Shown here: positions 26,555 through 39,400 of the stretch, piece after piece
How the letters are laid out: every line of letters begins with the position of its first letter
Numbering within the stretch: the stretch's first letter is position 1
NCBI GenBank assembly: GCA_050084515.1
Contig: CM114271.1
Coordinates: forward strand, 33,666,001-33,730,000
Length of the DNA stretch: 64,000 nucleotides
Origin: Blasia pusilla
Taxonomy: Eukaryota
Direction of reading: 5' to 3'
Position numbers and translations under genes: made by a program
Notes under the pieces: generated by a model
Seen by the model: the letters and a program-made list of their open reading frames with translations, nothing else
Database searches by the model: none
Told to the model about the DNA's origin: nothing

Positions 26555-26850
26555 TGGGTGCACGGGCTGGGCGCGGGCCTTGGAGCCCACACGCGGGCTA
26601 GGGCACGGGCCGTGGAGCCCGCACACGGGTTAGGGTGCAGGCTAGGGACGGGCCCTAGAGCCCAAAAGTGGGCTAGGGCCCGACGGAGGCCCAAGCTAAA
26701 AATGGGCGTGGAGCGTGATGCGGACTAGGAAAGCAAGGGCAAAACGCTCGGGTGGCATTGGCCCAGGTGCGGGCCGTGGGCATGTGGGCCCATGGAGCCC
26801 GCACAGACATGTCGGTCCTTGGGACGGACATAAGTCTGCGTGCAACCTTG
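26555..26850. mobile_element. hAT-like MITE remnant
   Basis: Repeated cgggc.../gagccc motifs; ends gggacggacataagtctgcgtgcaaccttg like other copies. Confidence 0.6.
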
Positions 26851-27816
26851 AGCTAGATACCATTAACTACCTATCATATTGGAGGTCGGGCAGAATACGA
26901 CATTTTGGGGCATCAATCCTCACCGGAAGGATTGTTTGTCCTAGTGGTGCTTCTTACCATTTGGGTTAAAGAACGCCTCAACAAAGTTTCAAAGGGTCAT
27001 GAATAGAATCTTCGCAAGTCTAAATTTTGCTAGATCTCACATTGATGACATCGTTATCGTAGTCATTAGGGCCACGGTTGAGAAACATGAGCAACTCAGC
27101 GACATCTAGAGGAGGTGATTTGACAACTGTAGTTACATGGGCTAAAGCTGCATCTAGGCAAGTGCAAGTTCTTTTACGATCAGATTGTGTATCTGGGTCA
27201 TATGATATACCCAAGTGGCAAGTGACCTTGGTATTTAGTAGACGAACATAGAAGCTATCTCATACATTCCATGCCCTATAGATGTGAGTCAAGTTCGTGC
27301 ATTCATGGGATTCATGAACTTCTATTGACGATACGTCAAGGGTTTTAGTTCAATTTTGAAGCCACTAACCTTGCTGACCAAGATGGATTATGTGTGGCAT
27401 TTGGGAGGATGAGCAAGTCTTAGAGATAGCATTTGAATTGCTATCTTGACATCCGCGCCTACACTGAAGGGACCGATTAGAGGGCATCCTTATGATCCTT
27501 TCCAGTTGCATACAGATTGGAATATGTTGGGGCTTTGAGCGGTGCTCACCTAGCATGACGATGAGGGAAGAGAGTTCGTGGTGGCTTACGCTAGTCGCTT
27601 GAACAATGTTGCATAGGCAAAGTTTAGCTCGTATGAGGGTGAGTGCTTGGCTATAATATGGCCTATTGCGCATTTCAGGCATTACTTATTCGACATCTCC
27701 TTTACCATATCATTGAATATCAACCACTAAAGTGGTTGATGAAGTCCGGCAAGTTTATATGGAATCTTGCGAGGTGGGGGCTCTATTGTCGTAGGAGTAT
27801 GATTTCTAGGTTGTAC
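26850..27816 (+). mobile_element. Degenerate RT-RNaseH fragment of the same Gypsy family
   Basis: LPFGLKNASTKFQRVMNRIFASLNFARSHIDD, GKCKFFYDQIVYLGH, LHTDWNMLG, SYEGECLA; colinear with the reverse complement of 15790-16680. Confidence 0.85.
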
Positions 27817-30800
27817 CCTAAACAAGTCCATTTTTTTGCAACCTTGAACAAGATGAAACTAGAGCTAATAGAAGTAATCTTTACTTATTGGAGTCAATGG
27901 CTTCTTTTTGTACATTTTCTTTTGCTACAAGTCTTGCCTTATATCTTTGTTCACATGTTTGAGGATTTTCCTTTTTTAAAATCTCCACTTACATCCAATT
28001 TCCTTCATTTGGTGCCCGCCAAAATGGTAATGCTCATTGGAGTATGTAGAAGGTTGACACAAACCATTCCATCAATGATGGGAGGAGGAATTTCTTATAA
28101 TGATTGTTACAACCTGAAGAATATATATAAGCGAGGAGATACTTATTGAGTACAAATGGTCAGCCATTATATGAATGTCATCTTAAAAATGTATGGGAAA
28201 AGAATAATACATTTGATTTATTTACTTTATTGGTGATTTTCATGGACATGGGTCCGGATACAAACATACAATGTCATATGTCAATGATTAGATTAAAGTA
28301 CTAAATGAAAAGAGGTGGGGTTGTATCACCCTAGCTAAGAAATGTCTCCTTAATAATTAGATCAAAAGAAATTGAAAAAGGTGCCACAAAAAACTCACAT
28401 CTATGTCATCTTTTCATTGACCTTCAAACCTACAAGAAATGCTCTCAACTTTCCAACATGAATCATGACACCATTCAAATCCAACTGATCCCTCTTCCCT
28501 CCCATCTCCATATCACATGTTGGTCCTCATCGTCTCCCATATGAAGAAAACTAAACATGAGTAGTAGGATTGGAACAAATCTGCATCCCTTTTAGAGGAG
28601 GTGGAAGAGATTATTGACATTGTCAAAGTTAGATGGAGAGAAAAAAAAAGTGCTTGTAAGGGCGGTAAATATATGCTATTCTTTGTCTTAGTTTCTTTCA
28701 TTTTAATTTAAATTCCAAAATTTCCCCTAGTTCTACAATTCTTAATTTCTTGGCTATGGAAAATTAGGACATACAACATTTCATGTCAAATTTTGCCCTC
28801 CAAAGTTATAAGCTATATCCTAGAATAGAGTTTTCATATCATAAGGCAAGTTGAACCTACTTGTAAGGTTTTGGGTTATGGTGAAAAATCTCACTCAAAA
28901 GTAGCCCATCTCCAAATTTTGATGGCAATATTCTTATAGATTGCACGAGGAAAAAATATTCACCACCAAATTTATTAATGAATTTTTACTTTATAGTAAA
29001 ATTTAATACGTATGAGGATTGAAGTCTTGGGAGCGAACCGAAAAGTGTCCAAGGCGTGAGAAAAAAGGGGTCCAAGAACTTTTTGGTGGGAATAAATGAC
29101 ACTTAGAATCGCGCTTAGATTTGTGTCAACCTATTATGCCACAGTTTGAGTACGTCATTCCTGGACCAGTCCCTGAAATTGGACGAGTCTCAATGCCCTC
29201 GAATTCCTTTTCCCAATCCCGGTGCTCTCTCAGCACTCGTTCGCAAAGTCCAGAAAGTACGGAAAAGAAGAGAGTGAATTTGAAGCTCAACATTAATGGA
29301 ATGACTTGAGAAATGGTAGGCCTTCTAATAGAAAGTTTCCGGCTCGCTTGTATTCATCATGTGATTATGTTTGACAGGAAATATAAAGCTAGAGATGTAA
29401 GAGTTTGGATGTTCGTATCCCACGCCTTTTGAATCATTGAGGTTGACCTGTCCAAGATTTGATCATTATCGTTCCAGGGCTCTGGAAGCAGCGGTGAAAT
29501 CAGTCTTAATTACACCAGTGTCCTTCTATCGTAGAAGTGCAGGATGATATCTAGCTTCTTCGCACCACAGGTTTTGATGCTTATCGTTCCCAATTTCATG
29601 GGTCCCCATCTTTCCATGTAAAGCATTGCCCGATTTGACACAACTAGCTATAGGCCATACGATATTTTCTTGGAATTTTCTTGATGAATATCGATTGATT
29701 AACCAAGCGGTTGCAACAACTTCTGAATATATTTCAGAACCTCTAGCAATCTGCATTCCTATGAGTCACCTCGGCCTCGAAGAAGCGTGTAGGAAGGAAG
29801 TTAGATTCTTGTGAACCGTGGGAGCTTCCTGCTCTAGGTTTACTATAGTATATGATTATTGTAGCCACCTTAGCCCCGAGATGAAACCCTATAGTCTAGA
29901 CTCCGCATTACATTGAAGTAGTTGTTGGATCTTCACATGGACTTGTTAGACTATTCCAAGATTTGAATGGAGGACCACCAAATCGTCCGCGTACCGGATG
30001 AAAGAGAGTTGGGTCCGCCATCTCTCTCTCCGCCCAACGGCTTGGAGAATTCCACACTGCTTTACTTTACTTTACTTTTTTAATATACACATGTAAAGTT
30101 GAGAATGGTGGAATGGACGGATTGCTCTGTAGCGGATTTTTATGATGAATCGTGTACATTACCAGCCAGTCAGGTGAGCAACAGACCTTGTTCGTTTGAA
30201 TTGCACGTCTACATTTTTTTTCACGTAAAAAGGCCGCAGCATTCATTGAGTTTAGACGCCTAAACCTCAATTAATCATTATTCCACCATTTCACTCTCAT
30301 CTTGTTCCTTCCCTGGTATACTGTCCCCAACATGGCATGTTAGATCCCTTGCAGATAAAAACTGTTAACATTGATTCCCTTGTCCCACTATGCAATCTCA
30401 AATTCGGGAAAGCATATACAACGTCTCATCACTACCCATACATACCCAAAACCAGTAGCTTTTAGGAGGCACATTTGTAGTACTTACATCAAGGGGGGAA
30501 CTTAACGGCAAGACCAAGATTTGGACAAGAGGGAGTCGGCCTTGGTAAAGGATAAGGAACCTCTCAAAAATCTCCATATCTTCAGTAAACACTCCATGTT
30601 CCAAACTAAAGAGTTCCTGTTTGTATCATCTGTGGCCAATTTTTTACTTTTAGCTCCTCTGGTCAACAAGCGTGTCCTAAAATAAGCTATCTTGAAATTG
30701 GCAATCCACTAAAAAAGGTACCTGCTAGTGCACTGAGCTTGGTTCCCCAAGAGGACATCGAACCAGTCAGAAGTCTACTGCTAGATTGAAACCACTATTC

Positions 30801-31741
30801 CTCTTCTCATTTGTTAGAATGTAGAGGAATCCTCCATGGTATTCCATAAAATACTAAGTTATAATATGGTGAAGAAAATAAAGAACTACTTTGATAAGGC
30901 CTCCCCATCTAGGCTTAACCAATGGGAAAGGTATAATACTTCCAATTTGCTTCCCATTTCCAATTATATAATAAAATTTCATTATCTATAACTATAACAT
31001 GGAAGATTAAAATGCTTCTTGAAGGTGGGAAAATACTCTCACGAATGATCTGTTTAAAAAATTTCATCATTCAAACTTGGAATGCTTTTCATTTTATTCC
31101 CTCTTTAGTTGACTTCAACACATAAATCTAGATTGCTTTCATTTCCTACCAAAAAAGTAAAATTTGTAACATTGCTATGGAGGATAGCAGAATGCCTTCC
31201 AATTTTTAACCTTTGCTTGAGATGAATTATTTTGTTTTCCATCTCATATTTACCATATATGAACATTATTTACCGATCCCTATATCTAAATAGGAGATGG
31301 AATTCTTGGTATGAACGTGGAATGTCTCGAAAATTTTATAAATTCTTCCTTTATTTTCTGGTCCTCTTAATCTCAAGAAGGAATGCTTTCAACACTATCC
31401 ACTCATCCATTCAGTTTATTTTAGAGTTTTACACATGCTTTCCATTTCTTTGAGTAAGAAAAAGGATATAATACTCCAACTGTGGCTATGAGACTTTTCT
31501 GGAATAGTATGGCATTTGTGGAATGCTTTCTATCCGGCACTAAATAACTAAAACACAAAAACAAAAAATGGTAAATGAAAGAGTGGAATATTTTCCTTTG
31601 GCTACGCACAACAACTTCCCATTTCCAATTTTATAATAAATTATGATTTTCTTCGAGTGTAATGTGTGTAGATGGAAGATGGAATGCTTTCTATTTACCC
31701 CAATCCTCCCAACACTCTTATGAATTTTCCCATAATTTCTC

Positions 31742-32077
31742 CATGGTTGCACAAAAACGGACAAGTCCTTCCTTAGGACGGACATGGACGGACGAGTTTG
31801 GACATGTCTACAGATAAGGTTTCCAAGAGGTAGGACCCATATGTATAGTCTATGATGGAAGGCAAGGCAAGGATGAGCGGAGCAATGAGGGAGGAGGGAG
31901 TGGATGTGGCGGGAGGAAGAAATGGGGGAGTATGGAATACGAAGGCAAGTAAGGGGAATGAGAAAGAAGGAAAAAGTGGGGCCCATACAGACAAGTCCTT
32001 CTATAAGACAGACATAAGTCCACGGACATAGATATGTCCACGGAAACGGACGTGGACTTTTTCCTCATGCAACCTTG
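31742..32077. mobile_element. hAT-like MITE
   Basis: TIRs catggttgca/tgcaaccttg; perfect 8-bp TSD AATTTCTC (31734-31741 / 32078-32085). Confidence 0.9.
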
Positions 32078-34809
32078 AATTTCTCGGTGTCCTTAATTCT
32101 AAGATGGAAGGCTTCCCATATTATCCACTTATCCATTCACTTTATTTTATAGTTTTACACTTGTTTTCTATTCATTTGGATAAAAGAATGGTATAAGGAT
32201 TTCCATTAGCTAGAGCATAAACTTTCCATTTGCTGAGTAATATTTGAAGCAGATCATGTGCTGCTAGAAACCCTATAAGAAAGTTGAACGCCTTCATTTT
32301 GCTAGCATATATCTATAGCAATATTTCTTCCTTTGATGCCCTATTTTTATGAATTTCTTTTTTTACACTTAGGGATGATGGGTTTGAGGTTTGTAATTTA
32401 TTTAAATCAAAAAATAAAAATAATTCACTCATATGAAGTCGTGAAGATCATAACTTAACAAACATCAAACTAATTCACACAAATTATTTTCTTTTCAAGA
32501 AAAAAAATGTGTTTCCACATATGAAGAAAGTATTTCCATAGAGAACATTAGAGATTTTGTTCTCTCTGAACAAGAGGTCCTTTTCTTTCCTTTACTCCAT
32601 ACTATATCTATTTACTATCTTTTCTGACAACAATCTACAAGCATGCATCACACCTCATTTTGGTGATCAATTCTTTATATTCCGCCACCTTTACTCCTCC
32701 TTGTTGCTTTGGTTCTTGTATTTAGCAAGTTGTTCTTCCCACTCAAGGTTCATAAAATATGCCATAGCTTCAACCCTCTCTTCCTCATGTAGTTCATCAA
32801 TTCCACATTCTCTGTAGAACTTGTCAACTTCCTCTGCACGTTGCTTTAACTCTGCTTCCACTTGCTCAATTTTTTGCAGCTCTAACTCTTCCTCCAATCT
32901 CGCTTTTCTAATAATGATATGGGGAGGCTTTGTAGCCAAGTTTTGTTGATTTGATTGACTTAAAGCCATACGCATTTACTCAATACCCTTCATTCACAAA
33001 AGGAAGGAGCAAGTTTTAGTATTAGGCATTTTTACATATCTAACAAAGTCACACCTTCCAAAAAAACCTCAAAAGAACAAATAAAAACATGATCAACACT
33101 ATTGTACAAAGAAGAGTTGTCGACTATCCAGAAAATTCTCAATCAATTCTCTTTTAGTAAATTACATTTTCCATGATAGTCTTAACGGACACAAAGAAGG
33201 TATTCCAGCCATGTCAGGGTTATGCAATATCCACTTAGTTTAGGGAACTACATGGATGACACCTTAACAACAATAAGCATTTAGTATTGACGTAATCCCA
33301 GGGTATAATTCATAAGACACCTACTTACTGTCAATGAGTGGGAAAAAAAGTGGCTGGATGATTTTGTCTACACAAACAAAGATGCCATGGAAGTTACCTT
33401 CAATCCCCTAAGACCCTATAGACGCCAATGTTGGAGATGGGAAGCATTCCAGTGGCAACTGACAGGGCAACGGATATCAAGATAACCCACACTCCACCCT
33501 ACAAACCAGATAACCTTTCTATGACATGTGAATAAATACATCTTCACGAATGCAGCAAGAACCTCAATAGTGATTCTCACTTGATTCTTACGATACAGGA
33601 AAAACCCAAGGGAAAAAGGGGTATACGAGCCAATCAGAGGACCTATACACTGAAAGCCTTCTACGAGAGCCACAACTTTCAAAATCGGGCTCTAGTGTTA
33701 GAGAAAGCATTGAATTTCATGCTTCAATTGATTATGGATCCAGATGCATGGTTTATTGATACAATTAGTGGAACCTTTGTTCCACTAATAGTCTCTAAGT
33801 GACATGGTCACATGCAACACCAAAACCCATCTAATACACCTTGACGATACATTTTGAACTTATCAATGAAAATTTCAAGAAGCAGGTAACTAGAGAGACC
33901 AACTGACCCACCAAATACATAATCAAGCACTAGAGGCTGAATCATTTCGTATGACTTAGTACCATGTGACACCGAATACACTTATACAGATAAAGCTACA
34001 ACCAAAAAGTGACTCCCCATCTATTCAAGAAAGAACCGCAAACAATTGGCCACTAGTGTCATCTGGGGCCAATTGTAGAAACATAAGGCATTCCAGCAGT
34101 GCAACTCTACGGATTTCAAAAACATGCACGAAAGCTCTCAGGCAAACCTCCCCTAATTCTCTGCCCGCCCCTAATTCTTTGCCCGCGTCATCTAATAAGC
34201 CTACAAAACAAATGCGAAAATCAACAGACGAATGACCCATCCAACTGGTCCTTCATACGCTGTGGAGATGAATGTGTTCATAAACACATCCATCTCCAAG
34301 GTTCAGAGACATGACAAACCTAATACGTTACGGACCGAAAGCACTGGGGCTTCAACGATCAAAGCTTCGGATTTCAAAATGACCCTCCAATCCCCCTTCC
34401 AAACCACGAAAAGAATTTCATTTCCAACCGAATTACGTAATCGTGCACCACCGGAGGGCAAATCTCTGCAACGGAGGATTTAACGCATCACATAGATGAA
34501 TGTGTTCATAAACACATCCATCTCCAAGGATGTGCAGCCGATTGAAATTCTGCCGGGATTGGGAAATTCGTAGCAAAATCAGCAGCTCCGTCCTCCGCAG
34601 TTGCTCCGTCCTCTCTTATGGCAGAGCTCTCGCATGACCAATGTCCGGGGAGAACCGGGGTAACGTGTTGAGCTGGCTGGAAGAATTTGAGAATTTCAGA
34701 TTCAGTTTGTCACTTACCGGCCAAAAACCGAGGGTTCAGGGAGGGTTTCGATTGTATTAGTATCTGTTTAGCCGACTGGAATGACGAAATCTTCAAAAAT
34801 TGCCGCTCG

Positions 34810-34915
34810 GTTTTGTAGACACCGGAAACGTACCGGTTGTCACGAAAAAACTCCCCCCCCCGTTTTTGTAGACACCGGAAATGTACCAGTTGTCACGAAA
34901 AACTCCACCTCCCCC
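34810..34915. repeat. Tandem duplication of about 52 bp
   Basis: ttttgtagacaccggaaa(c/t)gtacc(g/a)gttgtcacgaaaaa occurs twice. Confidence 0.85.
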
Positions 34916-35509
34916 ACCCTGATGACGAATCTCTATGAGGACTAGGACTGCCTCCTCTCTACGAAGAGTCACTTCTGCTGGATTTATAAACTGTGCGATT
35001 TGAAATTCAAATCGCACAGCATTGGATGGTATGTATGCCATACCATCCACCCTACCATCCACATGGGTCTTAGATATCCGAGAGCGTCCCGAGCATCCAA
35101 GAGCGTCACCGTTGCCCGGAAAATGTAGCCGTGGGGCGGGTGTAGAGCATTCCGATCCGATGGGGGGAAGGGGTTTGAGGGACCCGTCACTGGAACCCGG
35201 GACAAGGGGGAGCAATAACTGATCTGCATTCTCTGACTATGGTGAGCGATCATTGAAGGATCCGTCCAACTCATCTGTAGAGCTAGCTTCATCAACATAG
35301 CCTTAGCTTCGATCATCACCGGAGCGAAACCTTCCAAACTTCCAACGCTTTGAGCGTTTGAGGAAATCACTGGCTTACGATCTCCCTCTCCCCTTACGTC
35401 CGACTCCTGAGCAGTGACGTCCGGCCTACGAATCCCTACAAGCTCTGCATTCTCATGCGATTAATTACGAATCGGTTGCGACACATCACCGAGAGTTACG
35501 CATCGAATT

Positions 35510-36410
35510 CCATTCCACTCCGAAAGTCAAGAAACGTACATATGCGATCTCTATACGCTTACACGTCTTATGAGTGCGTTCTCCAGAGGAAGACTGTAGG
35601 CAGGATTCTTGAACGCCGTCTGAGATGTCGATTGACTCGTGAACGTATGAATATAATCCACTCGGAATGTAAGGAAACGTAAATACGCGATCTTCATACG
35701 CTTGCATGAGCTGTGAGTCTATGAGTGTGGACTGTCGGCAGGATTTCCGAAAGAGAGCCGTCTGCGATGTCGATTGACTTGTGAGCGTATGAATAGAATC
35801 CTTTCAGACTTGAACCACTCAGAAAAAAGTGAAGGAACGTAGATACGCGATCTTCATACGCTTGCGTGAGCTTTGAGTCTATGAGTGTGGACTGTAGGCA
35901 GGATTTCCGAAAGAGAGCCGTCTGAGATGTCGATTGACTTGTGAGCGTATGAACAGAATCCTTTCAGACTTGAACCACTCGGAAAGTGAAGAAACGTATA
36001 TACGCCATATTTATACGCTTACAGGTACTATCAGTCTGTGCGTGTGGACTGTGGGCAGGATTTCCGAAAGCCGTATGAGATATCAATTGATTTCTGAGTT
36101 TCTAGGTAAATCCTTTCAGACTTGAAGCTCTCGGAAAGTGAAGAAAAGAAAATACGCGACCTTTGTACGATTACATGTACGATGAGTCTATGGGTGTGGA
36201 CTGTGGGCGCGATTTCCGAAAGAGGGGCGTATGAGAGAAAGATCAATTGACTTCTGTGCGTATATGGAATCATTTCACACTTAGAAAGTCAAGAAACGTA
36301 CATACGCGATCTCTATACGCTTACATATACTATGAGTGAGCACTCTAAAGGACCGTAGGCAGGATTTCCGAAAGCCGTGTGAGGTGTCGATCGATTTGTG
36401 ACTACATAAA
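35510..36410. repeat. Tandem array, about 6 copies of a 140-160 bp unit
   Basis: gactgt.ggcaggattt anchor at about 35592, 35730, 35890, 36047, 36199 and 36351. Confidence 0.9.
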
Positions 36411-39400
36411 TAAGTAAAGAAAAGGGAAGGACCTTGGGAAGCAAACGAACGCGCGAGCCGAAGATTTTATCGCTGGTCGATGGCGGGGGTCCATCAGAAT
36501 CTGCGCAAACGCAAGCTGGTGGAACCGGTCCGTTCCACCAGCTGGCCGGCACGCTTTTGAGCTGCCTGTATCTCGGTCTGGATCAGTAGATGGATAATGC
36601 ATCAATTTTCCGTGGAGCTGGAGGCTTGAGCAGCGAATTCCGATTCCAACGGCGGACGTGACCCAAAGTCGTCCGGCAGCTTGCGGTGCAGCGCGGGCTC
36701 CGTGAATGAGTAGCGTGGCTAGAGTCGGAGATAAGAAGTGCAATAGTTAGATTCTCAGTTCACACCAGAATCGCAGCCAGCTGCGTAGATATACGCTCCA
36801 GATCTTCTGGAATTACAACGCGCCTGCGCAAATCGATCGATGTATCTAGCCCTACGAGAATTCCAGATTTCTGGATCGATCTTTAGCTAGATCGCTGTGG
36901 ATATTGGAGCACTGAAGAGGTCGTACACGAGTGAGAACAGATCGATACTTCCGACTCAACGACTCAGATCCGCAGATTCGGACTCGCCTCCGAATCACTG
37001 AAAAGTTCCCAGTGTTCGATGCACGTCCACCAATCTACCGATGAGTGGATCGAGTGAATCAATTCAACTCACATCGAGAGTCACTTGTAATACGATTCTT
37101 TCCCTCACTCCCGTGATCAGGGGCTCTATCCCATCCCTGTTTTAATGGGTTTCCATACCATCGAGAGTCATAGCTCAAGCCCCCTCAGACTTGCCCAGGG
37201 AAATGAGGGTCACTTAAAGTGTGCACGGGCTCATTTCTCTTGGTAAGCTACAAGACGGAACTCCCCTCCCAGAAACACTAGCACTAGAATTCGCGTCCAT
37301 ATCTCTCAGAATCGGTGGGCTTATTATTATTATACTACTACTGATAATAATATTAATAACTACTGAGAGCTATTCATTCATACTACCATATCGGTCTCCA
37401 ATGGAAGCCCCGAGCCCTGTACATGCATGCATTCAAATAGCTGCAGCGGACTGAAGGCGTTGCCGGCAGAATCTGATGCAGGTCGACTGCGGCCACATCT
37501 GTTGACGGCGGTTCGATGAGCGTCTGGCGCATTTTCTTACTTTGCAAATCCCACGCGCACACTAACAGATGTCGATGTTTGTTTTAGAAAGCACCGGGAC
37601 TAGTGCTTCGTGTTGAAAAATGATCTGTAAAGGCGCCGATCTGTGGCAATTCGTGTGATGCATAACTCGTACATACCCATGAAGTCGCAAGCTGGATGAT
37701 GGTCAACTTTGGACCTCGGAGCAGACCCAATTCAGCAGCCGTGCAACAGCGTCAATGCTCGAATATCGATGTAAGTTGCACTTAATGGCACTCGCGAGTC
37801 GTGCGTGACTCGACGAGAGCTGTGTCTACATGATCATGACACAAGAGCGACTCTAGGTTTGGCCCGGCCCCTCACACGACAGATCCATGAATAGCCTCGG
37901 CTCTTACAGGACGAGTACTGACCATAAGCTAGTGAGTCCACGAATGCGGCCCGTTGGTGACTTGCGGTCGACCCTCATGGTTCATTTCGGAACTGGTTTC
38001 GGCAGAGTTCATCCTATCTCCGTGAATGTGATCGACAGCAGGCACGTTCAAGATTGATCAGGTGGACTCTAGTACGAAGCGAATCATGAGCCTGAGGATT
38101 CGGACGGCTGCCGGGATTCTCATGATCCAGATCTGGACTGGAGGGAAGTGGAAGCGAAACTTAATATTCTTCTCTGGTTTGGTTTCGTATTTTCTGGGCC
38201 GCGAGGACTGAGTTTAGCATCGATAGAGCTAGCTGCTCCCTGGAGCGCCGTACCGAATCTGTAACTAAAGGATTCTCCCTCATGATAAGAGCCCTCATTA
38301 CGCACGTAAGGATCGATGGCGATCCCCGTCCGCTCAGTCGGTGTCTAGTTAGCTAGCTACGCGATAACGATTGCCAAAGCTCAGAGCCACTGGAGACAGG
38401 GATTCAAGCGAGAAGCGAAGCTCGGATCCCGATCCTTGACCCTTCGAATTTACTCTCCATGTTACCTGTATCAAGCGATGAACTTATGCATGAGTGCAAT
38501 TACTTGTGCTACGACTGACGGGAGAGCTCTTTCGGAAGGTCCTGGAAGAGCGTTCACTTGAAAGTTGAAAGCATTGCCAGTGCCCGGAGCGCCTGCAAGT
38601 CAACGTCTGTACGCACATGATGTACAGTCTCTTGGACCGACCAGACCCAAACTTCACGCATTTCGACCCCTAGTTTTAGACAGTAGCTGTCGCGGTAGTA
38701 GCTACGGACCCGGAACTTCCTCACATTGACTTCGATTCACTGTCCAAGAGCTCGGACTGCGAACGCCCCCGGATTCAAGCCACTGCGCGCCCCTTGAAGA
38801 TCAAGATCGACAGATTCCTCATGTGAACGCCGTCCTCATGATCAACGTCCGTTGCAATCGCAACATTTTTGGATGGATTTGCGTGCACGCGCGACTCGTT
38901 CAAGAGCGCAATTTTCGGAGATATCTCGGCTCTTCGCCTTGATTCATACGGTCGCTGATTACGGTCAATTTTAATGAATGGCACGAGATTTCGTTGGATG
39001 TCGCGAACTAATTCACTATTCCATCGCCACGATCAGGCTCTCGCAATCCAGCAATGCACGAGCTGGATCTACACGCTCGTACATCACAAACTGCCATCAA
39101 TATCACCGAAGATTCGCGAGCTCCCGTGACATAACTTTAGCTGCCAGTTCCGATTCCAGAGACGGCTTCTTTTAGCTCAAGAGGGCCCCATAGTTTAGTT
39201 CTTTGCAAGTGATGGAGCTATCAGGGTGTTACGTGTGCGGCGGAGGTTAAAGAATAACAGAGATTAAGCTCTAGCTCTAGAAGCTAGAGGTACAGAACCG
39301 CTGAGAACTTTAGTGCATGTCGATCTCTGAGACTCGCTCCTTTCAAAGTTGTTGACATTCGTTGAGCAGATAAAAGGCATCCCGTGATTCCCGTCCGCCT

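Noticed and set aside
32691-32975. Glu-rich coiled-coil ORF
   Set aside because: Stops directly downstream and AT-rich repeat context; probably TE debris that cannot be assigned.
34266-34529. 36-bp direct repeat (agatgaatgtgttcataaacacatccatctccaagg) as TRIM LTRs
   Set aside because: No TG...CA ends, PBS, PPT or TSD; likely a local duplication.
35510-36410. CRISPR-like periodicity
   Set aside because: Whole units are homologous with no unique spacers, there are no cas genes, and the context is eukaryotic.
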